Positions 13,001-31,936 are shown, numbered from the stretch's first letter. The stretch: DNA of 64,000 nucleotides from the human T2T-CHM13v2.0 reference genome, Homo sapiens (GCF_009914755.1 NC_060928.1), one strand, 5' to 3'. Translations and numbers: made by a program. Notes: generated by a model from the letters alone, not told the origin.

Positions 13001-14775
13001 AGTGGTAACCCTTCTGCCCTAAAGCTCCTCCCAGACTGGGCTCCTCCCAAGGGAGTGGACAGCTCTTGTCACACCAACTAGAGACAGATGAAGAAGAAGA
13101 CTATAATTTTTCCTAACCCCAAAAAGATTCATATTAGCTGTATATATTCACAGAGGTTATTTGACTGGTCTGCTTCGTGCCTATTTATCTATCTGAACAT
13201 GCTTCATGCCACCAGTATAATCAAAGAATAGCATGAAAGTATTTTGAACAAAATACAGCATTTTGAAGTGATATGTTCCTTTCTTATTATTTGTTGAAAA
13301 AAATGTGATTTTAAAACATTAAAATATTTGAAACTATCTTAGGGTTAAGGGACCATAAATAACTTAAAACAGCAAACCCTCACTTGTAGCCAAGATCATT
13401 GACATTTTCCTTTAGCATCCTTTTTACCAGAAAGGATAAGTTGTAAAACAAATTGTTAGGAATGTTACCACACTTTCTGCCACCATCTACTATGATAGTG
13501 ATATAACTAAGCAAGTGAACAGCTAGTATGATAAGACAGGTCCCAGGAATCAGGAAAATCTGTATCTTGTATAACATAGCCTTAGATAATTAAGATTAGG
13601 GTTTTGTTTTTTTGGTCGGTTGTTTTTTGTTTGTTTGTTTGTTTACAATTTATCATATACATCTTAGACTAACAGATTATTAGAACTAGAAAATATATAG
13701 CATTCTGGAGAAAAGGAGGAAATTGAACACATACATACGTACTTTCACTACCTCCAAATTCCACAAAAATGATAGTAAAAAAAGGTGGTTGTAAAACACA
13801 TAAGATAAGTATGGGAGAGGAAACATCGCAACAAAACTGTAAGCTGGAAAACAGTGGATGAGAGGAAACTTACTCAGACAGCTGATTTAGACCTCAATGC
13901 TAAACCTGCAGGAGAAAGCTAAAAAGCAACCCAGTTTCACTACAGAATCCAGGATGTCTCCGGAATAGGCAGCGCCAGATACCTCTGAAAGTAGGGACAA
14001 AACTAGGGCCATTGAAGGATTGGATTGGTTAGTTTAAGAAGCGATTAGAACTTCTGATCACTCATTGTCACTCAGTGTAGCAAATCAAATGCCTCTCTAA
14101 CACCCCATCCAAACACTGGAGGTTTACTCACTTTAGATAGAAAAAAGAGTTTCTGGAGTAGGAGTTATTAGGCACAGTTGAGGGAGTATTATGCTGAACC
14201 CAGTCATATTAACAGAACATTGACATGCCGAATGTTGAGAAGACACCCCTTCCCTTCCAGTCTCTCTTCTTCAGCTCCAGAATGAAGAGAGCCAGCGCTG
14301 TGCATTTTAAGTAGGAAATGTAAAAATACTTCTCTAGGAAACATGAGTACTCCTAATTAATATATATTAAGGATACCCACAAAATGGCCCTGGCAAATCA
14401 CCCTCCAGGAATCCCACAGTCAACAAGCTTAGAGCTCTTAAATATGAGCAAGTGGCCAAAGATCAGATATCTGAGGGAAAGCTATGGCATGAAAGAAACT
14501 AAAACAAAGGAATAAAGGGGAAAAGCAAATTAAAGAAATAGAGACCTCTGTAGGAAGAATAAGTCCTTAAATGACTATAATTAATGTATTCAGACAAGTA
14601 GGAAAAGTTATTTTATTCACAAGACAATAATAAGATGTTCTCTTTAAAAAAGAAATATTCTGGAAATCAAAAGTTCTTGGAAATCACATGTATAATAGTA
14701 TAAATAAAAACTCAATAGAAGAGTTGGAAGATAAAGTTAAGAAAGTCTTCCAAAAGTAGAAACCAAAAATACATA

Positions 14776-14876
14776 GAGTTCTGCTTTGGCAGCATATATA
14801 TTAAATTTGAATGATACAGAGAAGATTAGCATAGCCTGTTCCAAGGATGACACACAAATTCATAAAGCACTCCTTT
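14776..14876 (+). pseudogene. U6 snRNA retropseudogene
   Basis: Diverged, near full-length match to U6 (ggcagcatatata...gatacagagaagattagcat...caaggatgacacacaaattc) followed by an A tract. Confidence 0.9.
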
Positions 14877-14889
14877 AAAAAAAAAAAAA

Positions 14890-15560
14890 ACAGAAAGTAA
14901 CAAGTGTTGGAAAGATTGTGGGGAAGCTGGAACCCTTGTGCACTGTGGGTAGGAATGTAAAACGGTGCAACCACTGTGGAAAATAGTATGGCAGTTCCTC
15001 AATAAATTAAACATAATTACTATATGATCTGGCAATTCCACTTTTGGGTATATTCTCCAAAGAATTGAAAGCAGAGACTCAAATAGATATTTGTACACTC
15101 GTGTTCATAGTAGCTTTATTCACAATAGTCAAAATGTAGAAGTAACCCAAATTTCCACTCACAGATGGATAAACAAAATGTGACATATACATATAATGGA
15201 ATTTATTCAGCCTTAAAAAGGAAATCCTCACACAGGCTACCACATGGATAAACTTCGAAGACATTACACCAAGTGAAATAAGCCAGTCACAAAGAGACTA
15301 ATGTATGATTCCACTTATATGAGGTACCTGGAGTAGTTAAATACATAGAGACAGAAAGTATAACAGTGGCTGCTAGGGGCTGGGAGCAGGGGTTAGTGAG
15401 GAGATATTGTTTTGTGGGTACAGGGTTTCAGTTTGGGATGATGAAAACATTGAGATGGATAGTGGTGATGGTTGCATGAAAATGTGAATGTGCTTAATTC
15501 CATCGAGTTATATACTTAAAATGGTAAATCTTATGTATATTTTACCACAGTAAAAAAACT
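14890..15560 (+). mobile_element. L1M (L1MB-like) 3' fragment
   Basis: Degenerate ORF2 C-terminus and 3' UTR (gtgaaataagccagtcacaaa...ggtgatggttgca). Confidence 0.8.
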
Positions 15561-15709
15561 GACACTTTAAGCATTAACTTAAGTGATATAGAGGCAAATA
15601 TTAAAAGAAATAACTCAGAGTTGGAAGTGGTTTCTTCCAAGGATGGGAAACTGTCAGAGGAAGGGCTAATGTTTTTCAAAGAAGCTTTGTAAAACTATTT
15701 ATCTCTTTA

Positions 15710-16116
<407 letters not shown>

Positions 16117-16561
16117 CGAGATATTTTTAATTCCCTCAATTTCATGGGGAGAGTAGGACCTTTGGCCAAAGTAATCTAAAACAGCAAGTGGCAGAATAAA
16201 GACTTGAACCAATATGTTCTAAATCAAAGTTCAGCATCTTACCACCACAACGCATTGTAGTCTATGATAGCATCTTCCTTAGTACCCTAAAATAAACTTT
16301 TCTGGGTGTCCTGGCTTAAACCTTCTTAAATTACATTTCTTAATGTTTTATTAAATGCCTAATAATACTGCAGATTTTTCCATTTTTACCTAGCATTATT
16401 CATTAATACCTAATGACATTTTTTCTAATCCAAATATGCTTTTGAAATAATATACTTTTCCTGACTTTTTTCTCTATCTTCATACTTAAAATTGAATAGG
16501 TTTTGGGGTCCTATATTTAGAGTTGCTCCTTAAATAGTTGGAGAGACTTTGCTATTGCTGA

Positions 16562-16894
<333 letters not shown>

Positions 16895-18988
16895 AGTCGT
16901 TTATTTCTTGGGTGGGATATTTTTGTACTGAGTCCAAAGAGCTACGTATGGTCACCTTTATGACAACAAAAGGCATTGCCAGTTCAATTCAACTCAAGTC
17001 ACTAGTCTAATATTAATTTTAATGTTAATTTTTTCCATTAGAAATATGATATCATTATAAACAGCATTTAGACTAAGGAATGATATATAATTTACCACGC
17101 TTCAGACTTTACAATAAAGCCCTTATTTGCACAGCGCTTCCAACAATACTCCATTAGTTATCAGTTGAACATATACTAATGCACATCTATGAAATATTTT
17201 TTAAAGAACTGTGAGGACCTGTCATAAGCATATCCTCCAACACTGACAAAGTGCCTTTTCCCAGAATACTGTGCTTGATAAGTTATCCGTGTGAAAACTC
17301 TAAATAAGATCTATTATGCTTTTAAGATATCATCCCTTATCAAAATAGTGTAGATTACTCCGTATGGTTTCTCATCACATGTGACTGTTTCAACCAGGTT
17401 GTGTGCTTCTTGAGGGCAAGGTAGTACAGCACTACACACATAATAAGTGATCTTTAAGCATCTGTAATAAGTAATGAATCAGAGTATGGAATCATGGAAA
17501 GTTACAGCTGAAATGGGGCTTAGGGATCCATGGGCCTACCTACCTCTTTTCACAGTAAAGGAAATGCTAATGGATATTTGAATGTATATTTATGTGGGAT
17601 ATTTCATACGCATTTACTCACAACAGCCCCTCTAAATAGGTACTGTTATTACCCCATATTAAGATATTAAAAAGAAGATCAGACAGGTCAAGTAACGTAC
17701 TCAAGGTCACATAGCTGGTCAGTGCTTACACTTGGACTGTAGCCAAGGTGATTGGAGTCCAGAGCCTGTGCTTTGCTAAAGTCTAGAGATAGATGTTAGC
17801 TCATTTACATGTGATCATATGGCTGGCTGCTAACAGAGGCAGGCCTAGAATTCAGATTGGTTGGCTGCCCAGAGCAAAAGCTTATCTTGGGACCCACTGA
17901 TGCATATTTTAAGTTAAAAATAAGTTTCTGTGTAGGGATGCTCTTGGCTATAATTTCTCATTTTTATATAGCAAAGTTTGAAAAGACTACATGTAAATTA
18001 CTCCTGCAAAATTGTCTCTCTGAAACATGTATCTCAGAGCTGAAAAAAGTTAGCATTGATTCGCTTCCATTTCTTAAATAAGGAAACCAGCTCAGAGAGA
18101 TGAAGAGACAAATCCAAGACATCCCACAGCTAAGGGAAGGTGGGCAACTGGGACCAAGTCCCCTGCTTCCTGGGGCAGAGCTGCCTCCGCCACATTCTGG
18201 TTCCATGTGTCAACAGAGTCTTCTATTGCCCATGCTCTATAAATCCATATTCCAGATATATCCTTCTGGAACTTTCCATTTCCCTAATTACTTTCATCAC
18301 ACTTCCAATCTCTGATTTACTCCTTATCTATTACTGTCTATAATATCAGACTCAATTTATGCACATCCTCAGATTAGCTCTTGCCATCTGCCCCCTGCCA
18401 CTTGCTCAGTAGAAAGCTCTGGCCACTGCCACCATTGCCTCTCTGCCCAACACTGCAGGATATCTGTTCATTCTATGGGGGGCGGCCAGAGGCTGCATGG
18501 CCTCCCTTGGGCCCCACACGGGAGCAGCCATAACTGCTCCCACATCAAATCCAGCTTACAGACTCTCTGAGGCCCTGTGCTGTGCAGCACGGGATGTGGA
18601 TTTCCCATCAGCTGTCCCAAGCAGTCAAATAACACGACAAAAATTGGGCAAACTTTGACCACTGAGAGACATAAGACAGGAAGGAACCAACATATAAGTT
18701 TCTTTCATTTCATTTCTTTCCCATGACTTTTCCATGGACAGCTTCAAGGCATAATGGTTTCATATAGCCTATCGGGAGACATCCTTGTAACCAAAATATC
18801 AGCTGCATTTTCTTTTGAAGCTTTTTCCAGTACAGTAACGTTCTACAACTCTCTCTGTATGGCCCCTCACTCTTGCTACCCTGGGGTTGCACTCCCCAAT
18901 AAAACAATGGCAAGAACCCTTTACCCTACTCCTATCACAAAAGCTTCATAGCAATGAGTGAGTTTTGGAGGAATAAAACTCAAATTTA

Positions 18989-19290
<302 letters not shown>

Positions 19291-20169
19291 TCCTTTCACA
19301 AACTCAATTGGCAATTGTGGTGGGTGAGCATTCTTTTCTGAGATCTCCTGAGTCCTGGCAAGGAGGAGAAGGGACACACAGAGGTTGGCAAGGAAGAGGT
19401 CAAGGGAACTGTAATACTCATCATTGATCTTCATTTCTTTCCTCCACTTTCAAACACTTCAGCTCTCAGCAGATATTTTTGGACCTAGGAGAGGAGGTCC
19501 TCAAGTGAGGAGAGGTCACGGATGTGTATATTCTTCTAGGATATCTAGAATATCTAGGCAATTAACTTAGAGTGTGGAATCTTTGGGTTGCTCTTAAATT
19601 CAATGCTGAGGGCCAGGTGCTCCCTCCCCTTTGAAAGCGAAGCTTTGCTACCCACTCTGATTCTGGAGGAGGGAAGAGATTTCACAGATGGGAAGGAAGA
19701 AAGACTTTGGAAAGGAGCTGGCAGCCCTGGAAGTTGAGCTAGTAGCACATGGCTCTGGGTGTCCAGCTATGAAGGGGACCTGGGCAGGACTCAGGCAATC
19801 AGGCATCTTGTATGGGCACCTCTGGTCAGGTTATAACTGCTACTATCTACTGAGCATTTTCTACAGTAAGCACTACTTTAAATGCTTTACAAGAGTTAAC
19901 TTATGTAGTCCTTGCCACAAACTGTAAGATACGTAACATTATTATCTACATTTTATAACTAAGGAAGCTAAGACAAGGTAGCACAGGAAAGTTCAGTGAC
20001 TTGCCCAAGCTCACTCAACTTGAAAGGGGCAAAGCCAGGATTCAAATCCAGTCAAACTGACTCCAGAATCTACTCTCTTAGCTATTGTAACACTGTAATA
20101 CTGTCAGGGAAGCTGCGGAAACCCCAACCCATGGAGAGGACAGAGCAAAACCTTCTTCTGTGGTCATTG

Positions 20170-20855
20170 CTAAGCTATTGTCTCTCGGCTTCAAACATAT
20201 CCTATACCTGGCTTGATGATGCTGTTGCTAGGGCTCTGCCAACCACATTTCAGCTTTGTCAACTGGCTTGTCTTTAGCCTTGCCAATGCGGGCTCCATGG
20301 AAGACTTGCAAGGCTGGAAGAGGAAGAAGGGGCTGTCTGCTTCCTATGGGCTTCTTGTTCCTCTCTATCTTCCTGCTTCCAGTAAGCAATATCCCAGCAA
20401 TTCTTCTCCACCCTGCAGGGGCTGTGCCTTTCTGTAGCAGCAGCTAAATTCAGTTTACAGTTTTTCAGCATTTATAGAACCCACCTTCATAACATTCTCA
20501 TCAGAAACGTCCAGCACTAACTGGCTGAAGGTCCCTCCTTAGAGATTAGGGTCCCAGTCCCCAGGCCCCCTCCTCTGAACTCAGAAACGCCAGTTCAGCT
20601 GAACAGACCTCCTCCTCAGAGACCTGAGTTTCAACTCCATGGGTCCCTATTCTAAATTTGTAAGTTTTCATCATTTCAACCTCTTTTCTTTGTTTCCTCA
20701 GTCCTAGGGGTGGTAGAGTCACTTCCTGCTGTTGCCACTTCCATGATACAGAGTTCTTCTTTTGTCTTTTACCTAGTCAACAATTATTCATATGAAATTT
20801 TCTAAGTCAAAATAACTGTTGTGTTTTCTCCTTCTTGACTAGACCCTAACAAAAC
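20170..20855 (+). mobile_element. ERVL LTR33-like LTR
   Basis: ccacatttcagctttgtcaactggctt ... aataactgttgtgttttctccttcttgactagaccct. Confidence 0.55.
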
Positions 20856-21558
20856 AAATATACCATCTTATGGTTAATCCTGGCACTTGAATTTGCATCA
20901 GAGTTTAATAATTTATCAATAGCTCGTGAGATATTGCCAAAGTTGGGGGAAGGTATGTGTGGAATAAACCCAGCCAGTAAAAATTCTGGGAAAACAAACA
21001 GATTCAGATCAATTTACAATGTGACATCCTCAAGAAAATAATGCTAAATTCCTCACACCTGCCAATGTTTCATCTTACACAACAATGATATTCTGTCTTC
21101 ACCTTTTATTAAATCAATACTGGAGACAGATTCAAGTATCTGTTGTCAATAAAGGTCATGATAGTCTTATGGAAATTGAGAGGATTTCAAAAATGTATAT
21201 ATAATGGAGAGCAAGATCTTGCCCTGTGACAGACTTCTCAATGACATCTTTATCTTCCTACCACATAGGAATCACTCAGCTAGGCTAGCTATTTTTGTAA
21301 TGATGGGGAGTGGGAAATACTCTGGAGTAGGTAGCAAAGTACTTGGGTTCTAATCCCATCTATGCCATTTCATATTAACTTGGTGCCCTTGGGAAAAGCA
21401 CTAACTTCTCTGAACCTCAGTTTCTTTATTTCAAATGAAGTTATTAATACTACTTACTCTGCCTCCTTTATAGGCTTATTCAATTCACTATTTATTCATC
21501 ATCCATAGGCAAGATGTGTGGTAGGTATCCGAGGATTTAGATAGAAAAGTAAACTACA

Positions 21559-21895
<337 letters not shown>

Positions 21896-22100
21896 CTAAA
21901 GAAGTTTACAATTCATTATTTCTTTATGCGTTCAACAGTTATGAAACACTATCTGTCAGGCACTGTGCTAGGAGCTAAGAATACAGTGATGTCTAAAGTA
22001 TGATTCCTTTATTCAAAGAGATTACAGTCTGTACAGCAATAAGACAAGGGTGCAGATAACTAGAACAGGAGGCAGAGTGTACAAGAAGGAGATGAAACTA

Positions 22101-22550
<450 letters not shown>

Positions 22551-22833
22551 TCCTGAAGTGGAGTGGAGTTAGTGGAAATTAGAAAGAAAAAATGAATATA
22601 AGTGATACTAGATGAACAGTGCTCAAAAATCCATATAGGGCAATTATAATAACAAATGAGTTACTGTTGAGGATATAGTAATGGATAAAGCAGATGTGTG
22701 GTCTGTTTTCAAGAAGCTTTTGATTAGTTGAGATATGAAAAAGTTTTGAAGTTTCCTTAGTATGGTCTGTCTTAAAATATAGTGTATTGATAGAAAATTT
22801 GAGGTTCCATAAGGCCAACAGATTGGGAGACTA

Positions 22834-23331
22834 TTGCCAGTGAAAAGATGGCTTCGTTTTACTCACAGATCCCAGGAAGAAGGGAGGAAGGGGCATACCA
22901 TGTCTCACAATGGAGTCGGGGGAGACACAGGGAAGCACCAGGGTTGGTCAGGAGGCAGAGATAGGGGGAAATTGTGGGCAAGAGCTTTTATTACGATTTC
23001 CACAGGCAGGAAGAGATGACACAGGGTAACCAGGTTTAGGATTGGCTAGTTTGAATAATTTCAGCAGGCTCTGGAGCATAGAGACTGGCCTAATTGTCTA
23101 GCACTTGGCTCTGGAGTGATTGGGGCAGATGGCCAGGAATATGAGATAAAGAAGGTAGAGGGGGTATGGGATCTGGATTGGTTGGTTTGCAGCTGAAAGT
23201 TATACTTTCAGGTGAGGTATTTACTAGCTCTAGAAATTAACAAACTCTGGGAGGGGACATCGCTTCAGGGTCAGCAAGGCCCCAGATGTCCAAGCATCAG
23301 ATTACAGAAAATACAAGACATAGTTAATACA
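22834..23331 (-). mobile_element. ERVL MER74/MER54-like LTR
   Basis: ggtttaggattggctagtttgaataatttcagcaggctctgg motif. Confidence 0.6.
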
Positions 23332-25135
23332 GCCTCCTTAAAATAGGGGAGCGTATTCAGCTTTGTATCCCTAGCATCCACCATAATACTTTGCACATGA
23401 GTGTTGGTTGGATGATCAGATTAATAAATCCCCTCTTTGACTCTTTAACTCTGTTAGAGTTTGACAACTCATCCTTCAGTTCTCAGCTGGGTGGTCACTT
23501 TCTTAGGGAGGCCCTCTCTGATTCCTTAGACAAAGCAAGTTACCACTGTCATGGACACATCGATGCACCGCCCCAACACCCCTTCAGTGAAGGAGGGCTG
23601 ACAGACAGCCTTCAGTAGGTTATGCATAAAGCTAAAAAAGCAATCCTTTTAAAAATTAAAGGTACTTTTAAAACAGAAAATGAAAGGTGAATGAGTGGTT
23701 ATTTTCTTTGTGGCAAGGCTACTTTATATCATAATTAGTATTGTTTCAACTTTGAGAGGCAGAAATCCAACCCAAACTTACTTAAGAAAAAGAATTTATT
23801 GGTTTATATGACTGGAGAGCTATTTTCAGGCATGGCTGGATCCAAGGGGTCAAATGATGACATCAGAATTCTCTCCATCCTCATTTACCTCACATCTATT
23901 TCTCTCTCTGTGCATGACCTCATCTTTTTCTTTTTTTTAACTGAAAATAGCCTCCCTCTCTGTCACTGGGGACAATGGCATCAAGCAGCTTCTGTTTACC
24001 TTATACTTACAGCTCTCAATCCAGTAAGAAGATAAAGATCATCATTGTTTTCACAGAACCTGTATAAAATTTCAGAGGACATTTATATCAGTCAGGATCC
24101 ATTCTAGACACAGAAACCACATTGGTTATCTGAACAGGAAAAATTTAACAAAACAATTTTTAACCAGAGCAGTAGAAGATGGTTCAGTAAAAGTTAACAT
24201 CCCCTGCAACTTTTTTAAATAAGTGACCAAAACACCACACACACACAAGGACGCTATTGAATCCAGAAACAGCAGGTACGAAAGAGCAGCTACTAATTGT
24301 AGGCTCAGGATGAATTAACAATAAAGGAACCAAGGACTAAAGGAGCCCTCTCCTTTGAAGGATGAGGCTGAGACCCCTTTGAAAATGATGTGGCTAATGC
24401 AGGAGCCAGAAGCCTGCTGGTGGTAAGTCAATTTGCCATAGGTCACAGACCACAGCCAGTCTATAGAAGCAGCTTGCAATTGAAGGAGGGTGTGGACAGA
24501 CTGCAACTTGTCTGTTGAAGCAGCCCACTGCTGCCTAAGGGTGTGGCTGAGCACGGCTGCTGAAAAGTGGTTGCAGATGGGGAGCACATGGCCTGAGGAT
24601 ACAACTAGAGCTCACTGGTGCAGCCCCTGGGCTCCCACCCGAATTAATAAGAACAATAATGTTATACATTTAATATGCAACATTATATATATATATATGT
24701 ATTATAATAATAATAATGTAGGACCAGGACCTGGAAAGGAAGATTCTTCTGCTGCTATTGCCTTGCAGGGACACCCCATTGTTCTCGATTGGTGCAGTTT
24801 AACATTCCACTAGCAAGCACGGGAGAAATGTTTACAGGGCTCAGTTCCAAGATCCCAAAGCAAGGAAAAGAAGGATGGGTTTGAAGCTGGGAGACGGTAA
24901 GTTAGGCACAGTCCTGCTTGGGTCATATACACAGCCCTGAACCAATCACCGTGACTAGGGGAAGGAGGACTCTGATTAGCTAAGTCCAGGCCAGATTCAT
25001 GCATAAGCAAGGGGCAGGAGGAACAGCTCCACCTCTACACGTGGAATGGCTTCTTCATAGAAAAGATGGATTCTTCTACCAGAAAAAAGGAAGAGTGCTA
25101 GGCAGAGGAAAACAATAGATATCCTTTGTATATTA

Positions 25136-25583
<448 letters not shown>

Positions 25584-25600
25584 GAAAGAAAGAAAGAGAG

Positions 25601-25658
<58 letters not shown>

Positions 25659-25702
25659 AGGGAGGGAGAGAGGAAGGAAGGGAGAAAGAAAGAGAGAAGG
25701 AA
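25584..25702. repeat. (GA)n/(GGGA)n polypurine microsatellite
   Basis: Direct reading. Confidence 0.95.
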
Positions 25703-25763
25703 CGATCTAAAAATGAAAGAAAAGACAGTCAAATAAAAGGTTAAGATAAGAAAATGGTAACTT

Positions 25764-26075
<312 letters not shown>

Positions 26076-26129
26076 TTATTTAATGATTAAGATGTCCAGA
26101 GAAAATATGTGTACAATTTTTTTGACAAC

Positions 26130-27517
<1,388 letters not shown>

Positions 27518-29169
27518 AATGTGTACAAATTTTTTTAGCAAATTTTTAACGACTACTTATGGTCAAATTGGAACAAACCAGTAGATATAGTAGTTAAGAG
27601 CACAAACTGTAGCATAACACTGCCTGCATTCAAATCAGCTCTACTAAAATGTGACATTGGACAAGATATAACTGGTAACTTGTGTCTAAGTTTCCTCATA
27701 TGCAAAATTTGAACAATAATACCTATTTCATGGGACTGTTTAAAAGATTAAATAAAATAACATCAGTAAAGCTCTTAGAACAGTATCTGGCAAGTAGTTA
27801 GCACTATATGACTGTAAGGATCATTATGAATTGGTTGTTATAGCTATTATGATGATGAATTGGTTATTATTAGTTGGATATCAAGTAATATAATTTTCAC
27901 TCCATTTGCTAATTTGAAATCCCCTTATCTCCAAAATTAGGAAAAAGCTTATTTTAAAAGCATCTAACTGGTATATATATGTTGGCACCCACAAAACAGG
28001 ACATCCTATAGGAATAGTTTTATTCTTTTTTCATTACCTTATGATATTGAAGTAGCCTCTTCATAAACATAAATCATATTTCATAGAACCAAAAAACAAA
28101 AAACTTGTTATTGGTATTATCCTATAGAATATGGAGGAAAATACAAATCTTTTCTTTATAAGCTTTATTTAAATATTCACAGACTTGCATGAAAACACAA
28201 TCTTCCTGAAAATCTATTTGTGTATATATTTTTTCAGAAGAATGTGGTTTTTTTTCTCATGAAGTACTTTTAGGATTTCTTTTATTTTTTCCATTTAAAA
28301 GGAAACTGCCTCTGTAAAACCAATGTTTTAAAATCACACCAGAACATTCTGAGCAAGAGATGTACTCCAGCTCTGGCTGAGTCAGAGAAACCCATAATGA
28401 GGACTCTGGCACTGACTATGAGCCTCTGAGGCCTTACTACTGTGACACATTCTGCAATATTAGTGATAAACTGATGTCTGAGGTATCAGGCATCTCAAAT
28501 CCTCATCAGCGAATACTACAATGTCAGGCAAGAGTGGTCACAAAAAGAAGCAACTATATTTCTTTTCCTTTCACAGATAGGGCTGGTTCTTTATTAACTC
28601 TTACAATCGAGTTGTGGGATTACAAATATCCATAACCAAATGGAAACAAGAGAAAACACCTCACAAAGTATACCCACTTGAAACCCACCCTAAATCATCA
28701 TAGTGTGCACAGACAGGCACTCACATGCATATACACACACTCACAAAACGTTCCTAAACTATAGTCACCAAAGAAGTATGAGATTAAGTAAAACTCATAT
28801 GATACAATAATAGAGTGTTTGTATGTAATAGAAGATTAAATATTTGGATAACAATACTGTCTTGATTCCTACAAATAAATTTAAGCAATACAATACAGAA
28901 CTGGCATTTTCCAATCTCATATGTAATCACACATAAAAAGATATCAAGTTCAGGACTCTATTAATAAAGAAGTTTTAGTTACAGCAATGTTTTATTACTA
29001 AACATTGATTTAATAATAGTTAGCTTTAATTCCTGAGCTTGTGATTTCAATGTTACTTAAGACATTATTACCAAGGGTGGAAGCAACCAATGTGGATCAG
29101 AGATGTATTATTTTCCTTGTTGGGCTTTAAGGAGGGCTACCATGTTGCCATAGAAAGCTCTGTTTCCTC

Positions 29170-30146
29170 AAGACAACCCACAGAGCAGGAGAAAATCTTC
29201 ACAATCTATACATCCGTCAAAGGACTAATATCCAGAATCTACAAGAAACTCAAACAAATCAGCAAGAAAAAAGCAAACAATCCCATTAAAAAGTGGGCTA
29301 AGGACATGAATAGACAATTCTGAAAAGAAGATATACAAATGACCAACAAACATATGAAAAAATGCTCAACATCACTAGTGACCAGAGAAATGCAAATCAA
29401 AACCACAGTGCAATACCACCTTACTCCTGCAAGAATGACCATAATCAAAAAATCAAAAAATAATAGATGTTGGTGTGGATGTGGTGAAAGGGGAACACTT
29501 TTACACTGCTGGTGTGAATGTAAACTAGTACAACCACTATGGAAAACAGCGTGGAAAGTCCTTAAACAATTAAAAGTAGAACCACCATTTCATCCAGCAA
29601 TCCCACTCCTGGGTTTCTACCCAGAGTGAAAGAAGTCATTATACGAAAAAGACTCTTGGGCATGCATGTTTATAGCAGCACAATTGGCAATTGCAAAAAT
29701 ATGGAACCAGCCTAAATGTTCATCAATGAATGATTGGATAAAGAAATAATGGTATATATATACCATGGAATACTACTCAGCCATATAAAGGAATGAAATA
29801 ATGTCATTCGCGGCAACCTGGATGGAATTGGAGACCATTATTCTAAGTGAAGTAACGAAGGCATGGAAAACCAAACATCGTATGTTCTCCCTCATAAGTG
29901 GGAGCTAAGCTATGATGATGCAAAGGCATAAAAATGAGACAATGGACTTCAGGGACTCAGGGAAATGGTGGGAGGGGAGTGAGGGATAAAAGACTACACA
30001 TTGGGTACAGTACCGCGTACACTGCTCAGGTGATGGGTGCATCAAAATCTCAAACATCATCACCAAAGAACTTATTCATGTAACCAAACACCACCTGTTC
30101 CTCAAAAACCTACTGAAATAAAATAATAGTAATAATAATTTTAAAA
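29170..30146 (+). mobile_element. 5'-truncated L1PB inserted in a MIR
   Basis: L1 ORF2 C-terminus and 3' UTR; TSD agaaa(g/a)ctctgtttcctca. Confidence 0.9.
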
Positions 30147-31544
30147 AGAAAACTCTGTTTCCTCATAGATAAAATGAGGACAATGATATCTACGTCTTAG
30201 CTTTGTTGGAAGATTAAATGGAACAATGTATATTTTAGAGGCCAACACACAGAGCCTGTCATTGATAGTGCTGGTAAATAGTATTTCTCCTCCTGTCCTA
30301 GAGGTCACTCAAGGACTTAGTGATGTGAGGCCATACATAACCGCCTAAGCCAAAAAGGCTTTGGAATGTGGGCCTAAAAGAAGACACGGAAGTTGGGGCC
30401 CAGCCCTTATTTGCATAGTGTTTTCTACTACGTCCTTATGCACCTGAAGAGCAGCCCTGAGAAGAACTTTGGTTTAGCAAACTCCCAACAAGGCCAACTC
30501 TGTAATTCCAGAAGAGCAATTAACTACCTTAGCTATGAACTCTGTACAGACCTATTATTCGAGTAATTTGTGAATGTGCAAAGGGGATTCCTATTATCAT
30601 TTGCTCATATGATGATCCTATTACTTATGTACAGATAGCGGACTTCCAGATTTCTTAAGCAAATAAATAATTCTATGGTTGCAAAAAATGTGAAAATTTT
30701 GAAGACCAGGTTGGGAAGTGATTAATGCAAGATTCCAAAACTGAAAATTAAAAGAAAAAGTATTCTTTCTCTCTGAAAACAAAATTAATAAGGATAAAAT
30801 AGGTCTGGACTATTTTTAGACTTAGAAATGATAGTTGACCCCTTTAATTGTGGATATTTTAGAACCTAGGCTTCAGTTTCTCAATTAACTCAAAGTTTAA
30901 TCTATAGATCTTATATGCAAGAAGGTCTTTTCTTCTAAGTATCTAGTCTTCCTCTATACCATCAGGGCTACATCCATATAAACTGAGGCCTCCCCAGCCA
31001 TGCTTCATCACTTAATCAGATGGTGAACTAGCTGAGCCTCACTAGTGCAACAATAGGTATTAAAAAGTCCTTTCTTTTAGGAAACACACTTGGGGGACAT
31101 TGGGGTTCTTAAAATGAGTCTTTCCAGAAACATACCATTTTGCCACAGTTTCCTCTTTATCCCCACTGATAATTCTATTGCATTTCAGAAAATAAATTTA
31201 CAGACTAGAATAATCTTTAGCTGTGAGGAAAAAATATTTTAATAGCTCTATTAAACATCTTATGGAACTTTTTTGGATATATTTGTTACTTTTCAATAAC
31301 CTCTTGTTTTGATGTTAGTTTTCAAAGATCTGATATTTTATTCCTCTTAATTAACAAAGAAATCAAGGTCTCTAAAAATTTTCCTTTTTTCACTTTTAGT
31401 GAATTATCTTTTGTACTACTTTTAAAGTTGAATCCTTTGAATTATTTAACTTAGGTAATGTTTTGATAGATTGTAGAATTATTGAGAACCTTAAGAAAAA
31501 CATTTATTAGCATTTTAACATGACTTTTTTACTTTTCCCTTTGA

Positions 31545-31936
31545 CTCTTATGGTTTGGGTCTGTGCCTCCACCAAATCTCATGTAAAGTTGTAATCCCCA
31601 TGTGTTGAAGGTGGGGCCTAGTGGGAGGTGATTGGATCATGGGGATAGTTTCTAATGATTTAGCACTATCTCCCTAGTGCTGTATCATGATAGAGTTCTC
31701 ACAAGACCTGATTGTTTAAAAGTGTGTAGCACCTGCCCCTTGTTGTGCTCTCTCTCTCTCTCAGTCTTTCTCTCACCATGTAAGATGTGCCTTGCTTCCC
31801 CTTTGCCTTTCACTGTGATTGTAAGTTTTGTGAGGCCTCCCCAGCCACGCAGAACTGAGTCAATTAAACCTCTTTTCTTTGTAAATTACCCTGTCTCAGA
31901 TAGTTGTTTATAGCAGTGTGAAAATGGACTAATACA
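31545..31936 (+). mobile_element. MST/THE1 MaLR LTR
   Basis: atggtttgg...ccaaatctcatg ... ggactaataca. Confidence 0.85.
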
